Below, piece by piece: positions 28,650 through 38,761 of a stretch of 64,000 nucleotides of DNA. The translations under genes were made by a program, and so were the position numbers. Below the pieces are notes generated by a model. That model saw only the letters and a list, made by a program, of their open reading frames with translations. It was not told the DNA's origin and did not search any database. The stretch covers positions 12,168 through 76,167 of the IMG/VR virus record IMGVR_UViG_3300046804_003617; one strand, written 5' to 3'. Source of the stretch: a virus. Position 1 is the stretch's first letter; each line of letters opens with the position of its first letter.

Positions 28650-31600
28650 TTATATCGTTTTTACTATAACCGCTTCACTGTTATCCAATAGGCCGGTTTT
28701 GGGGTCTACGGTAGTTTTTTTGTTCTGACTACTCTTTTTCCACTTATAATTAATCTGAGAGTTGGTAGCCAGATTTTGCTGATATCCGTTCAATTCCTTT
28801 TGGGAAAACTGCTTTTTACTGAATCTGTAATGATTATATCTATATCCTTGTAGCAACGTTGATGTTGATGGATAATTTTCCATAGAATATATCTTTCTGT
28901 AGGCCAAGCTTTGCGCCAATGGACCAAACAGTTCTTTGGATGTATAACTCACAAATTCGTTAAGCAATGAACCTGTTGGATTATCCGCCAAGAAATATAG
29001 GTTATATGCCGTCTTATCGTTTGCGGTGTTTCCTGTGCTTTCTCCGTATATAGTTCCTTCGAATAACTGTCTTCCGTCGTTGGTGGTATCAAACAACCCG
29101 GAATATACCACATATTTTCCATTCTGAATCAGACTGCCGGAAATCATTATACCAGGACTGAAAATATTTCCTTGAATGAACGAAGTTGCACCAGGATTCT
29201 GAATAGTATCCAAACCGGCTATTGCACCGGATACTACACCAACAACATTATGAGCAAAAGACATTGTATAGTCATTCCAGCCACGAAGATTTGCATCAAA
29301 GTATAAGCTTCCGCTAAAATACGTTCCACCCAAACTTGTATAAAATGATGCGGTCATCGGATACTTGTTTGGTTCTACCAACTTTGCCAAATTCAATTTC
29401 GTATATGTTCTTTCAATCGTTTGGGTTTTTCCTCTATTGTCATTTATAATTTGATCTTCGGTCAATTGGGAATTTGGAGAAACATATCTGGAATAAACTT
29501 GATATTTTTTCTTGTATTTTACCACATCTGCTCTATAGAATTGGTCGTTGTAGTATGTTATTCCATCGTCAGAATATACAGAGAATCCATATTTGTCATC
29601 TTCTATAGGAAAACATACCTGATTTACATCGGAATATAGGGAAGATCCTCTGTATTCCGTTTTCATTGTTCCGATCTTTTTCGGATCTTGCACGGCTGTT
29701 ATATTCTTGGTTCCATCCGCAACGCCAGTTTTCTGAGCGATGTTCTCCTTTGTCAAGGGACGCATCTGCAATTTTGGTCTTTCTAGAATATTTGGTTCAA
29801 TCAACATACCATCAACCAATTTTGCTCTGGCTGGTACCACGCTTTTGATATACTTGAACATCGACTTGTCAAAATAGAAGCGAATGATGTTCATGAAAAA
29901 TGTGAAGTCTATACTTCCAAATCCTTGATCATAATATATCTTCTTGAATGTTTCAAATTTGCTATATGTTCGTTGATATACGTCGGCGGGATTTCCGATT
30001 AAATCGTTCAAAGGAAACTCACCGAAGAATTTTATGATTTCGGTATTTTGTATTTCGGCAGGGGAAAAGAATATTCCCAACTTATTTGCGTCCACGGTCA
30101 ATAGCTCACTGGTCTTATATGAAGCGCGAGTCTCGGACGACAGATTGGACAATAACTCCTGTTCTACATAATTTATTTTATTGTTTCTGAATTTATTTGA
30201 TCCATAGTCCGGCAAATTCATGGTAAACCGCACATCATATCTTGAAAATTGATATGGGAACATCGATTCCGCAGATGGTTCGCAATAATTCTCTCTTTCA
30301 GCCACCGACAAAGATTGTGGAAAATTGACGACTTCGAATGTCGGGAAATCGGAACGAAACGCTAAATTGTTTAATTCTATTTTTCCAGAAGAGTCGTACA
30401 GGTCAAGAGGACGTTCAAACGATACTCTATACAAATTTTTCTCCACCATTTCTTGGGGAGTTTCCAAATCATAAGAATTTCTGCTCAATGTGTGTTTAGA
30501 AAATCTTTCATTCGATAATGGATTTTCCCATATACGTATGTCATCTATATTTCCAAAAAATGCTTCGGGATCCATACTCAGTGAAGCAGTTGATTGGTTA
30601 TAATTTCCTATATAAAGATACTGACCAGACTCAAAAGAATTGTTGTAGCTTCCGCTTAAGAACACACTCGAAGTTGCCGAATATGTCACTCTGTCATCTT
30701 CAGATTTCTGGAGAATTAAATCGTACCTGGTAGGATACTCATTGATAGAGGCGGTTGCTAAAAATTGTTCCACGACGTAATTTCTCCGTATCATTGCGTG
30801 ATAGGAATTTCCATCAAACATTGGTATTCTGTTTGTGGTGGAAGTTTTTACATTTCCAAAACCATCATCGATGCTAAAGAACAATCTTCCCCAATCGTTT
30901 CCTTTTTCTCTTACTGCACCCACCACCCAATAGTCTGAACAATTTACCAATCTGAAAACATTTCCTTGCGCGTGGGTTTTATTTGGGTCGAATCTGAAAT
31001 TAAATTCAATAGTCTTGGCGCTTCCTGTCCAGTTAAACTTGAAATATTCCCCACTTCCGCTGAAGTATGGTTCATACTTGACATCCTCAATTATATAGAG
31101 AGATTTGTCTACCAAATCGCTGGTGCTTTGTATTCCTCCGTATTCCTTGATCTTTATGATATTCTTTGGAATTCCAAAACAAGATATAAGCGCATTCAAT
31201 GCGGCTTCGGTTCCTTTGGTCTTGTATATGAAAGGAAGAGTATTCAAAATACGCTTCCAGATTATCTGATTTCGTTCTTCTTCGGACAACGATCTGGATT
31301 GTGAATATAGAACGGAATCTCGATCAAAGTCTTTGTTTGCAAATGAAGATAGCAACAACGGAAGATTTTCTTTGGATATCTCGGCATCCCAACCAAGTGA
31401 ACGTAACATATCTCCAACTATTTGCATAGATATTCCAGAATTTGGAGAACTTGAATATTGATTTTTTGCCGTGTATTGCTTTGCCGCCAATGAAACATTG
31501 TCGAAGAAGTGACCAACCATTCCCACAAACTTGATATAATCCGCGTTGTTCTCCGCATCTTCTATCATAAACTGCGGTAAATTGTTTATCAATGATCCAA

Positions 31601-33329
31601 GATTGTTCTTATCATACAGTGACGCGGATGTATAACCATCATAGATCGCCGCATGTTCTTCATACCAAGCTGGATTTTTGTAAAGAAATTTCTCATATCC
31701 ATCCATACTAGCTTCCAACTGGTCTATCTGTTCGTTGGCGTCGGATTTCTCTTTTAAATAAAACGTATCGTTTGGATTCAACGTCAATCCGGCGTTAATA
31801 GTTTGTATTTCAGAATAAAGAGCCTCTATTTGATTTTTCTTACTGGCAAATGCCTTGACTCGTAAGTCCGCCGAAGAGAAATTTACGAAGTTCTCAAAAC
31901 TTCTATAATCTGTTGTATCTATGAATCCAGAATTTTTTGCTTCTATTTTGTATTCTAGTTCCGTTTGCAAACTTCCAGTTTGACCTAAAAGCTGTTCCAT
32001 TGAAAGCGTTTCGGTGGAGTTACCTTCGTTTTCTACCTTGATGAGAAAGTTTGGTCCGCGCAGAGGAATAGTGTTTACAGAAAACGCGGAGAAATAATAT
32101 ACATTTTGTATCAGTGGCAAGAATCCAAAATCGCAAGTGATCCAAACATCAGTTCCCAACCCTATGTTTGTAGGTAATGCACCTATCAACTTAAGAGCTA
32201 AACTATCATAAAATTTAGGATCAGCTGACGGCAACACTTTTCTATTTGTTATTGATATCTTGGTTCCATCCGAAAAATTCAGATAATACTTGAAGTACCC
32301 CGAAAGATCTATGTTATGTTTTTCTTCTATTCTCGAAATTGCGGGATAAAATACAGCATTATAAAATATTGTTTGAAGAAACTCTATTATTCTTGAATAT
32401 GACTGTGGTTTGGTATTTACTAAGCGATTTAGTTCATGATCGATCACGAACGAGAAAAGGCTATAATAGTAATCTTTTATTTCTTGAAATGTCGTGCCGG
32501 TGTTATATCTGGTGTATAGCCAGTTTTTGAACTGGTCATATATTCCAAGAATATCATTTGTAGCGATTTGTCCATTGGTGCGATAATTTCCTTTTTTGAC
32601 TCCGTAATATACATCAGTCAAAAAACAAATAGCATCTATATCTTTCTTGAAACTATAATTAAACTTGAAATCAGCAGACCCAGTTTTATTCTGAGCGTCC
32701 GCTGCTTCATATATTTTGAACAATTCCGGTTTCGATATTCTGTATATCAAATCGTCGATAACTTCTTTTACAAAAACTTTACCATTGGAAAATACTGAGA
32801 AATCGAGATTGATCTGATCCTTCGATCCTTTCGTGGCTTTTGGAATTATTGTTATCTCGGAACGATTGCTTGAAATTGTATTGATAATAAGTTTGTTTTG
32901 TGAGTCTCTTTCGTTTCCAACAATGTTTCTTCCAAGTTCGGCGTAAATTTTGTAATTGCCGCCCTGTATCCCAAGTTTATCAAATTCTTTTCTTACATCA
33001 AAAAACAAAGACTGAGTCACTGTACCAGTTATCACATAATCGCTGGTATATTCCAAGTAGTCATATTCTATATATTGATTGAACGCATCATAGAATGATT
33101 TTGTATATGGAGTATATGTTCCATTTGAATATATCATCGACGACGTTATTGGAGTGCCATCAAGATTATATACTTCAAACTTTACATAGTCTTCCTTGGA
33201 TTTTCCAAACGGAAAGTCCAAAGAAGTAATTCCTTCTGTATAAAATTGCAGATCTTCCTGATTCAAAAATGAACCATATCCCAACGAAGCCGTTGGCAAG
33301 TTGATGTACTGCATCTTATCAAGATTCAT
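28650..33329 (-). CDS. Large baseplate wedge/tail protein with P2 gpI-like segment and LamG-like domain
   Basis: IWKRILNTLPFIYKTKGTEAALNALISCFGI (gpI/gp7-like); TIEFNFRF...FFGNIDDIRIWENPLS (LamG-like). Confidence 0.7.
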   Translation of the reverse strand: MNLDKMQYINLPTASLGYGSFLNQEDLQFYTEGITSLDFPFGKSKEDYVKFEVYNLDGTPITSSMIYSNGTYTPYTKSFYDAFNQYIEYDYLEYTSDYVITGTVTQSLFFDVRKEFDKLGIQGGNYKIYAELGRNIVGNERDSQNKLIINTISSNRSEITIIPKATKGSKDQINLDFSVFSNGKVFVKEVIDDLIYRISKPELFKIYEAADAQNKTGSADFKFNYSFKKDIDAICFLTDVYYGVKKGNYRTNGQIATNDILGIYDQFKNWLYTRYNTGTTFQEIKDYYYSLFSFVIDHELNRLVNTKPQSYSRIIEFLQTIFYNAVFYPAISRIEEKHNIDLSGYFKYYLNFSDGTKISITNRKVLPSADPKFYDSLALKLIGALPTNIGLGTDVWITCDFGFLPLIQNVYYFSAFSVNTIPLRGPNFLIKVENEGNSTETLSMEQLLGQTGSLQTELEYKIEAKNSGFIDTTDYRSFENFVNFSSADLRVKAFASKKNQIEALYSEIQTINAGLTLNPNDTFYLKEKSDANEQIDQLEASMDGYEKFLYKNPAWYEEHAAIYDGYTSASLYDKNNLGSLINNLPQFMIEDAENNADYIKFVGMVGHFFDNVSLAAKQYTAKNQYSSSPNSGISMQIVGDMLRSLGWDAEISKENLPLLLSSFANKDFDRDSVLYSQSRSLSEEERNQIIWKRILNTLPFIYKTKGTEAALNALISCFGIPKNIIKIKEYGGIQSTSDLVDKSLYIIEDVKYEPYFSGSGEYFKFNWTGSAKTIEFNFRFDPNKTHAQGNVFRLVNCSDYWVVGAVREKGNDWGRLFFSIDDGFGNVKTSTTNRIPMFDGNSYHAMIRRNYVVEQFLATASINEYPTRYDLILQKSEDDRVTYSATSSVFLSGSYNNSFESGQYLYIGNYNQSTASLSMDPEAFFGNIDDIRIWENPLSNERFSKHTLSRNSYDLETPQEMVEKNLYRVSFERPLDLYDSSGKIELNNLAFRSDFPTFEVVNFPQSLSVAERENYCEPSAESMFPYQFSRYDVRFTMNLPDYGSNKFRNNKINYVEQELLSNLSSETRASYKTSELLTVDANKLGIFFSPAEIQNTEIIKFFGEFPLNDLIGNPADVYQRTYSKFETFKKIYYDQGFGSIDFTFFMNIIRFYFDKSMFKYIKSVVPARAKLVDGMLIEPNILERPKLQMRPLTKENIAQKTGVADGTKNITAVQDPKKIGTMKTEYRGSSLYSDVNQVCFPIEDDKYGFSVYSDDGITYYNDQFYRADVVKYKKKYQVYSRYVSPNSQLTEDQIINDNRGKTQTIERTYTKLNLAKLVEPNKYPMTASFYTSLGGTYFSGSLYFDANLRGWNDYTMSFAHNVVGVVSGAIAGLDTIQNPGATSFIQGNIFSPGIMISGSLIQNGKYVVYSGLFDTTNDGRQLFEGTIYGESTGNTANDKTAYNLYFLADNPTGSLLNEFVSYTSKELFGPLAQSLAYRKIYSMENYPSTSTLLQGYRYNHYRFSKKQFSQKELNGYQQNLATNSQINYKWKKSSQNKKTTVDPKTGLLDNSEAVIVKTI

Positions 33330-33547
33330 AATTCATAAAATGTTGGGTCAATTTTTGTTTCCACTTTTGTGGAAATATAGACCATATTTTTCAATTGAAT
33401 TGTTATTGCCGATTTGAAAAGTTTATCCTTACTGTTTTGTATAAACAAGTTTCCATTGTCATCTATGTTGGGAACAATCGACCCGCTGCTCAATAAAGCC
33501 AATATGTCAGATTGATCGTATCCACTTAGATTTGGGTTTGGTTTCAT
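33326..33547 (-). CDS. Small hypothetical protein in the baseplate operon
   Basis: ATGA-coupled to both neighbours. Confidence 0.65.
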   Translation of the reverse strand: MKPNPNLSGYDQSDILALLSSGSIVPNIDDNGNLFIQNSKDKLFKSAITIQLKNMVYISTKVETKIDPTFYEL

Positions 33548-34887
33548 CTCGAAATCTTGAATGCTGTTGGAATTGTGAACGTGTTTATCGATCCGCTTTG
33601 TTCGGATCTGATTTCGACCTTGTAGTATCTTTCTGAAGGAAGGCCGCTTGTGTCCAGCATAAAATAATTTCCATATGAATCATAACTTAATCTTGTATAA
33701 TCGTCGTATGGAAGAATTGTTTCTTCGCTTTCTGCGTCCTTGATCTGATAAAAGCTGGACGATGGTAGGTAATATGGAGATAGATAATCCGATACCTTAT
33801 TGGTGAATGTCTTGATAGGATAACGTTTTCTTGCAGAAACATCCATTCTTACGATTGAACCAAACTTGTATTCCTGTGCCATATTCTTCATATTGACCAC
33901 GGCGTCTCTTAGTATGATTGCATCAGATCCGCTGGTATTTATTATGGCATCGTGCCAGCATACATCCAAGTATGGGGAATATATTGTATTGGTTTCTTTG
34001 CTGAAGAATTTTAGTGTACCATAATCGACGGAACTTGACTCATCACTATGCATTATGATAAATCCTTCATTCACGATTTCTCCATTGATCCAAGCATTTA
34101 CTATCGGAGTAACGTTCATTCTTACATCGGACGTTTGATAATTGAAATATTGATAGCAGGCGTATGTTGGGAATGAACCACTCAATGACGCGGACGATGG
34201 AACTTCGTAATCACAATATTCGCAATTTGGAAATTCGTTGTATTTGCTTATGTTTGCATACTCGGCATAACCAGATCCGGAGGCTTTTGATCCGCTGTTT
34301 ATCCACCATACACCACCTCCGGTGCAATCTAATAGTGAACCTGTATCCCACCATTTTTGAAGCTGATCTGCGGTATTGAATTTCCAGTTTGCTCCATCGG
34401 ATATAGAATATCCATCATACTTGTATCCAGTGCCCATCGCCCAAGATTGTGATACTGGATACGCCGCAAGAGAATAACGAACGGGAACTTCCTGAGACTC
34501 ACATACTTTCAGGTTAAGATAAAATTGTGGATCTGAAATTTGTCCGCTGGAAATTGACTGCGATATAGTTGTTAGATCAAAGTGCAATAGTGCGCGAGAT
34601 AAAACTGCACCCATAGTGGTAGGTCCACTTACATCCATTATGGCACTGGACACTGGTCTTGGATCGACGGATCCAGAATCAAAAGAAGAAGAAAATGGAC
34701 CATCCAATAGTTCCAAACTGGAACTTGTATAGTATACAACTACAGGAATTGTGGTAGTACTTGAACAACTATATCCAGAAACACGCTTCTCTACTTCAAT
34801 CAGTTCATCCAACCCCATATTCTTGTACATATACGGCGGATAATTTGTTATGAAAGTATCTTTAGTTGGATATAAAAAGTAGTGCAT
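33544..34887 (-). CDS. Virion structural protein (possible DNRLRE-like domain)
   Basis: KDTFI..N.G.DE, SRALLHFDL, VSQSW.MG.G, NEGFII, FFSKET..YSPYLDVCW pattern; late motif at 34906-34913. Confidence 0.6.
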   Translation of the reverse strand: MHYFLYPTKDTFITNYPPYMYKNMGLDELIEVEKRVSGYSCSSTTTIPVVVYYTSSSLELLDGPFSSSFDSGSVDPRPVSSAIMDVSGPTTMGAVLSRALLHFDLTTISQSISSGQISDPQFYLNLKVCESQEVPVRYSLAAYPVSQSWAMGTGYKYDGYSISDGANWKFNTADQLQKWWDTGSLLDCTGGGVWWINSGSKASGSGYAEYANISKYNEFPNCEYCDYEVPSSASLSGSFPTYACYQYFNYQTSDVRMNVTPIVNAWINGEIVNEGFIIMHSDESSSVDYGTLKFFSKETNTIYSPYLDVCWHDAIINTSGSDAIILRDAVVNMKNMAQEYKFGSIVRMDVSARKRYPIKTFTNKVSDYLSPYYLPSSSFYQIKDAESEETILPYDDYTRLSYDSYGNYFMLDTSGLPSERYYKVEIRSEQSGSINTFTIPTAFKISR

Positions 34888-34905
34888 TTGCTATATTCTT
34901 TACAT

Positions 34906-34913
34906 TATAAATA
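34906..34913 (-). promoter_or_regulatory. Putative phage late promoter (TATTTATA)
   Basis: Recurring motif. Confidence 0.55.
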
Positions 34914-34943
34914 TAGTTCCCAACCAATAAATGGAGGCTATAT

Positions 34944-36899
34944 TTATGCTACTCTACCTACTATGTCTTTAGTCGGAAATCTTACTTCAAATACACTTGG
35001 GTCTATGGATGGATATACAACGTTATCTATTGTAGCTTTGTCAATATCATACTCGTATTGGGAGTAATCGCCGTCTTTCAGAGTTAGGTTCTTGATTTTC
35101 AATGAAGTCACGGACTGCACTCCATCAACTTTGGCAATTTCCAGCTGAAGTCTGCTTAGATTGATTGGTTGGCAGAACTGAGCATTATTGATGTCAAAAT
35201 ACTGTTGGACCAACTTTAGGCAATTTGCCAATACTTCGCGCTTATTATAGTTTTTATAAGTTATGATGCTAAACTCTACGCCGATATTGATGATATATCC
35301 ATCCATCAAATTGACGCTATCAGTCAGAATTCTATACTGATTTAGGTAATTTTTTAGATTCTGGCGAATTGCCTCGTTTGAAATAATAAGGCGTTGATTA
35401 TTGTCGTAACACAGAAGGTATAGATTGATGGCAAATGGATTGTTTTTGTCCGGATTCACGCGGTTGATGGTACCAGGAGAAAGGCTACCAGTTTGAATAG
35501 AATATGGGCTTGCTTGTATGTTTGCCAAATCCAATTGTGTATCTGTTACCGCGTATGCCTTTGCAATAGAACCATATTTTGATGGCATAGCATATGCGCG
35601 CACGGTATAATCCTTTTGGGTGACTGCGCGATTTTGTGCGGCGAAGTTTGCAAGAGCATTATTTCTTATCTCATCGTTTGTTTCTGCCCCTTTTCCTCCA
35701 CTTGCCGGTATAGGATTGTTTACCCTCACGGATCTGCGGACAAGATTTGTAAGATTTAATTCCAAATCGCTCAATTCGGTCAAATCTCCAAAAAATTCAA
35801 CGCTGCTTACGTTTTTTATGCTATTAGCGTTGACGTTGCTTGTTATTCCTCCGCCGACGACATAACGAATAGTCAATGTTGTGTTTGCTGGCGCTTGTCC
35901 AAATGCCTTTGACGAAAGAAAGTTCGATGGGTCGTATGAAATATTTTCCGCTCTGAATGTCGTTGGCTTGTTTACCGTGAACGCATTGGGCACTACCAAC
36001 TCATCATCCTTGATGCCAACGCCAGATCCAAATTCCAAGAATGCGGTATTATCGGCGTCAACTCCGGTCACAAATCTTTTTGATGTGCGAAGATATCTAA
36101 GCAAGAACGGAGTGGTATCTCTGTATGCCGACATAGTTACATCGTTTTTGTATATGTTTTCGTAATCCACTGGCACAAGATCTTGGGCAAGATACTCTGT
36201 TTCGTGCCAGCGATTGCCATCCGAATCATATACATCCAATACTTCTATTACATTTGTGTCGTCCAAGTATACCTTGAAAAATGGTATAGGATCTGTGATA
36301 GAAACCGTCTTGGATACGATTTTTCCAGAAAACGCATCCACGCTTTTCTTCAACACAAAAAATTCCGGCTGTCCTGCCGTATTACGTTGAAAAACCGAAA
36401 CTTCCAGTGGATCGTTTTTTGTATCCACCGTGAAATCCACCGGAGAATTCGTAATAAAAGATATGTTAGAATCACTCGTGGTTACCATACCAGGCTTCAA
36501 AATCTGAGAATAGCTCAAGTCGGGAATCATTTCACCGTTTGTATCAGTTTTTGATGGAACTAGCTGGTATACATCCAATTTTGTGACCGATGGCGTTGTG
36601 GTCTTTGCTTTATATCCCATCGACTTTGCTGCATCTATGATATTCTTACGCTCTTCGGAGTTTACCAGCATAGATTCCTTGAACTGATAATCTATGTAAT
36701 ACGAAAGAACATCGCCAACATACGCCGCCATTTCTATGAACATCATACCAGGTGAAGCATCGCTGAAATCCTTATATGTGTTTGGGTAATACGTCTTGGC
36801 AAAATCCATCAACGATTGTTTAAGTTGGGAAAAATCCTTGTTAAGATACTTAATATCTTTTTTGTCGGGTTGAAATGATTTTGGAGTATCAAGTATCAT
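34944..36899 (-). CDS. Baseplate wedge protein (T4 gp6 / baseplate J-like)
   Basis: YLNKDFSQLK, SPGMMFIEMAAYVGDVLSYY, LEFGSG, YVVGGG..SNV, ASGGKGAET, AQNRAVTQKDY. Confidence 0.88.
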   Translation of the reverse strand: MILDTPKSFQPDKKDIKYLNKDFSQLKQSLMDFAKTYYPNTYKDFSDASPGMMFIEMAAYVGDVLSYYIDYQFKESMLVNSEERKNIIDAAKSMGYKAKTTTPSVTKLDVYQLVPSKTDTNGEMIPDLSYSQILKPGMVTTSDSNISFITNSPVDFTVDTKNDPLEVSVFQRNTAGQPEFFVLKKSVDAFSGKIVSKTVSITDPIPFFKVYLDDTNVIEVLDVYDSDGNRWHETEYLAQDLVPVDYENIYKNDVTMSAYRDTTPFLLRYLRTSKRFVTGVDADNTAFLEFGSGVGIKDDELVVPNAFTVNKPTTFRAENISYDPSNFLSSKAFGQAPANTTLTIRYVVGGGITSNVNANSIKNVSSVEFFGDLTELSDLELNLTNLVRRSVRVNNPIPASGGKGAETNDEIRNNALANFAAQNRAVTQKDYTVRAYAMPSKYGSIAKAYAVTDTQLDLANIQASPYSIQTGSLSPGTINRVNPDKNNPFAINLYLLCYDNNQRLIISNEAIRQNLKNYLNQYRILTDSVNLMDGYIINIGVEFSIITYKNYNKREVLANCLKLVQQYFDINNAQFCQPINLSRLQLEIAKVDGVQSVTSLKIKNLTLKDGDYSQYEYDIDKATIDNVVYPSIDPSVFEVRFPTKDIVGRVA

Positions 36900-37306
36900 A
36901 TATTACCAGTGTTTATCGCTGTTTCCAGTGTTTGGGTTTGTGTTATTCCAGCACTAGGAACTGTAAATAGTATTTTAACGCCAACCTTATACTTGTTTCT
37001 GTATTCCGTATCGTCCGTATTCACTTGAATTTGGCTGATATTGACATAACTCATCCAGCGATTTATGTCTTTTCGTATAGTATTCTCAATCAATGGAGTT
37101 ATATCGTCTGTGTAATTTTCAAACAATATACTCCACAATCCTGAACCAAATTCTGGGTTCATTCTACGTTCACCTTTTCTGGTTCTCAGTAGAACATTCA
37201 TATTTGACTTCACCTGATCCACCACAGTGTAGCTTTGGTTGAAAAATCCTTGTGGCCCATGTGCTATGGGAAGAACTATACCATATGTTTGTGTAGGTGT
37301 TGCCAT
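36896..37306 (-). CDS. Baseplate wedge subunit, gp25/gpW-like
   Basis: LLRTRKGERRMNPEFGSGL motif; adjacent to the gp6-like gene. Confidence 0.88.
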   Translation of the reverse strand: MATPTQTYGIVLPIAHGPQGFFNQSYTVVDQVKSNMNVLLRTRKGERRMNPEFGSGLWSILFENYTDDITPLIENTIRKDINRWMSYVNISQIQVNTDDTEYRNKYKVGVKILFTVPSAGITQTQTLETAINTGNI

Positions 37307-37312
37307 CTATTT

Positions 37313-37762
37313 TTATGCAGGGCGTTTTGCTTTTGCCTTGGCGTCCACTGCCTTCAAAAGTTTGCTATAATCTTTTGTAAGAGCATTTGCTACTGCCGCA
37401 ACTTCTTTATTTTCGTTTAAAACTTCTTTCGGAAGATTTTGTATTGTATCTATAGCAGATGGAGTTGGTTCCTCTAATGGAACTCCCCCCACGGTTTCAT
37501 TCAATACTTGGTTTAGCAGTGGATTCTTTGTGAACATCTTTGGAGCAGGTGCTGGCTGCTTCTTGACCGGTTCATCCAATCCGACATTGAAATTAGGCTT
37601 TCTGACTTGAGCTTGTTCTGGCTGCTTTCTAGATTCCAGAATCGCTGCCGAATTCTCTGTCATTTTTTCTGCTAGAACTTCCATCAATATTTGTGGAAGA
37701 GCGTTATGAACTTCTTCTTTTACAAGAGTTCTTATAATATCTACTAGTTCGTTCTTTTTCAT
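37313..37762 (-). CDS. Hypothetical late protein
   Basis: 149 aa; N-terminus MKKNELVDIIRTLVKEEV; TATTTATA at 37780-37787. Confidence 0.7.
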   Translation of the reverse strand: MKKNELVDIIRTLVKEEVHNALPQILMEVLAEKMTENSAAILESRKQPEQAQVRKPNFNVGLDEPVKKQPAPAPKMFTKNPLLNQVLNETVGGVPLEEPTPSAIDTIQNLPKEVLNENKEVAAVANALTKDYSKLLKAVDAKAKAKRPA

Positions 37763-37779
37763 ATATATATGATGCTTTA

Positions 37780-37787
37780 TATAAATA
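37780..37787 (-). promoter_or_regulatory. Putative phage late promoter (TATTTATA)
   Basis: Recurring motif. Confidence 0.6.
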
Positions 37788-37804
37788 TATAGTATTTTTG
37801 ATAA

Positions 37805-38758
37805 TTAGCTGTTTGGAGGAAAGGTAAATGCCTTCAGATTCGATCCCACATTACTAACAGATTGGTTTACATTGCTGCTTGCGCTCTGTAGTATGCCCTG
37901 ACCTTGATCGGATGATACTTTGATATCCGGAAATCCGGACAAATCCGGTTTTGGTGCCGGTATTTCTATTGTGTTACCGTCCGGATCAGTTGTTGTTTGG
38001 GGAGGATTTGCTCGGTTGAACTGATCCACAAAAGAATCTTTTGCACTATCCACTACTCCACTCAATTGACCTTCCACACCCCCGACTTGGGATTTCAGAT
38101 TATTGGCCCCCGTAGAATCCAATGCTCCTTTCAATTGATCTCCGACCTGACTTTTTAGGTCATCGACCACGCCACTAAGTAGATGTTTTACCAATTCGCT
38201 TGGGTTTGCAGACATCGCTGCCTTCAGCACGGAAATAGCCGCTGCCGCCATTCCCATATTTATTTTCAATCCTGGTGCAAATGGCGGAACGATTGTTTTG
38301 TATTTTGCAATCTGTTCTCCTATGAATTTTGGTCCTGCCCCAAGATTTATTCCCGCCATATCTATACCAGGAAATTCTGGAAGTTTTGGGAATTGCAATC
38401 CTTGCAAATTGACATTCATTTGTGGAAGTGCTGCATTGAACGAGGGCAATGACGATGGAACCCCCAACGTATTTAGTGCTTGCCCCACCGGAGGCAATGA
38501 AGTTGGCATACCTATACCGGATGCAACCTGCCCAATGCTCGTAGGTGTTCCCAACTGCTGTCCAATTCCACTCAAATTCAAATTTGCTGCACTTGATACT
38601 GTTCCAGTGATATTGACCGTCGGAGAACTTATAGATTGTAGTGACAAATTTGGAGCAGAAACGGGATTTAAGAAACTTGGTCCAGATGTTCCTACACTTA
38701 CGGATGGCGAGGATATGGATGGTGCTTGCGGAGCTTGTATTAATGGTATATCAGGCAT
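37805..38758 (-). CDS. Pro/Ser/Gly-rich protein downstream of the spike gene
   Basis: 317-aa ORF starting 3 nt after the spike stop. Confidence 0.6.
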   Translation of the reverse strand: MPDIPLIQAPQAPSISSPSVSVGTSGPSFLNPVSAPNLSLQSISSPTVNITGTVSSAANLNLSGIGQQLGTPTSIGQVASGIGMPTSLPPVGQALNTLGVPSSLPSFNAALPQMNVNLQGLQFPKLPEFPGIDMAGINLGAGPKFIGEQIAKYKTIVPPFAPGLKINMGMAAAAISVLKAAMSANPSELVKHLLSGVVDDLKSQVGDQLKGALDSTGANNLKSQVGGVEGQLSGVVDSAKDSFVDQFNRANPPQTTTDPDGNTIEIPAPKPDLSGFPDIKVSSDQGQGILQSASSNVNQSVSNVGSNLKAFTFPPNS

Positions 38759-38761
38759 ATA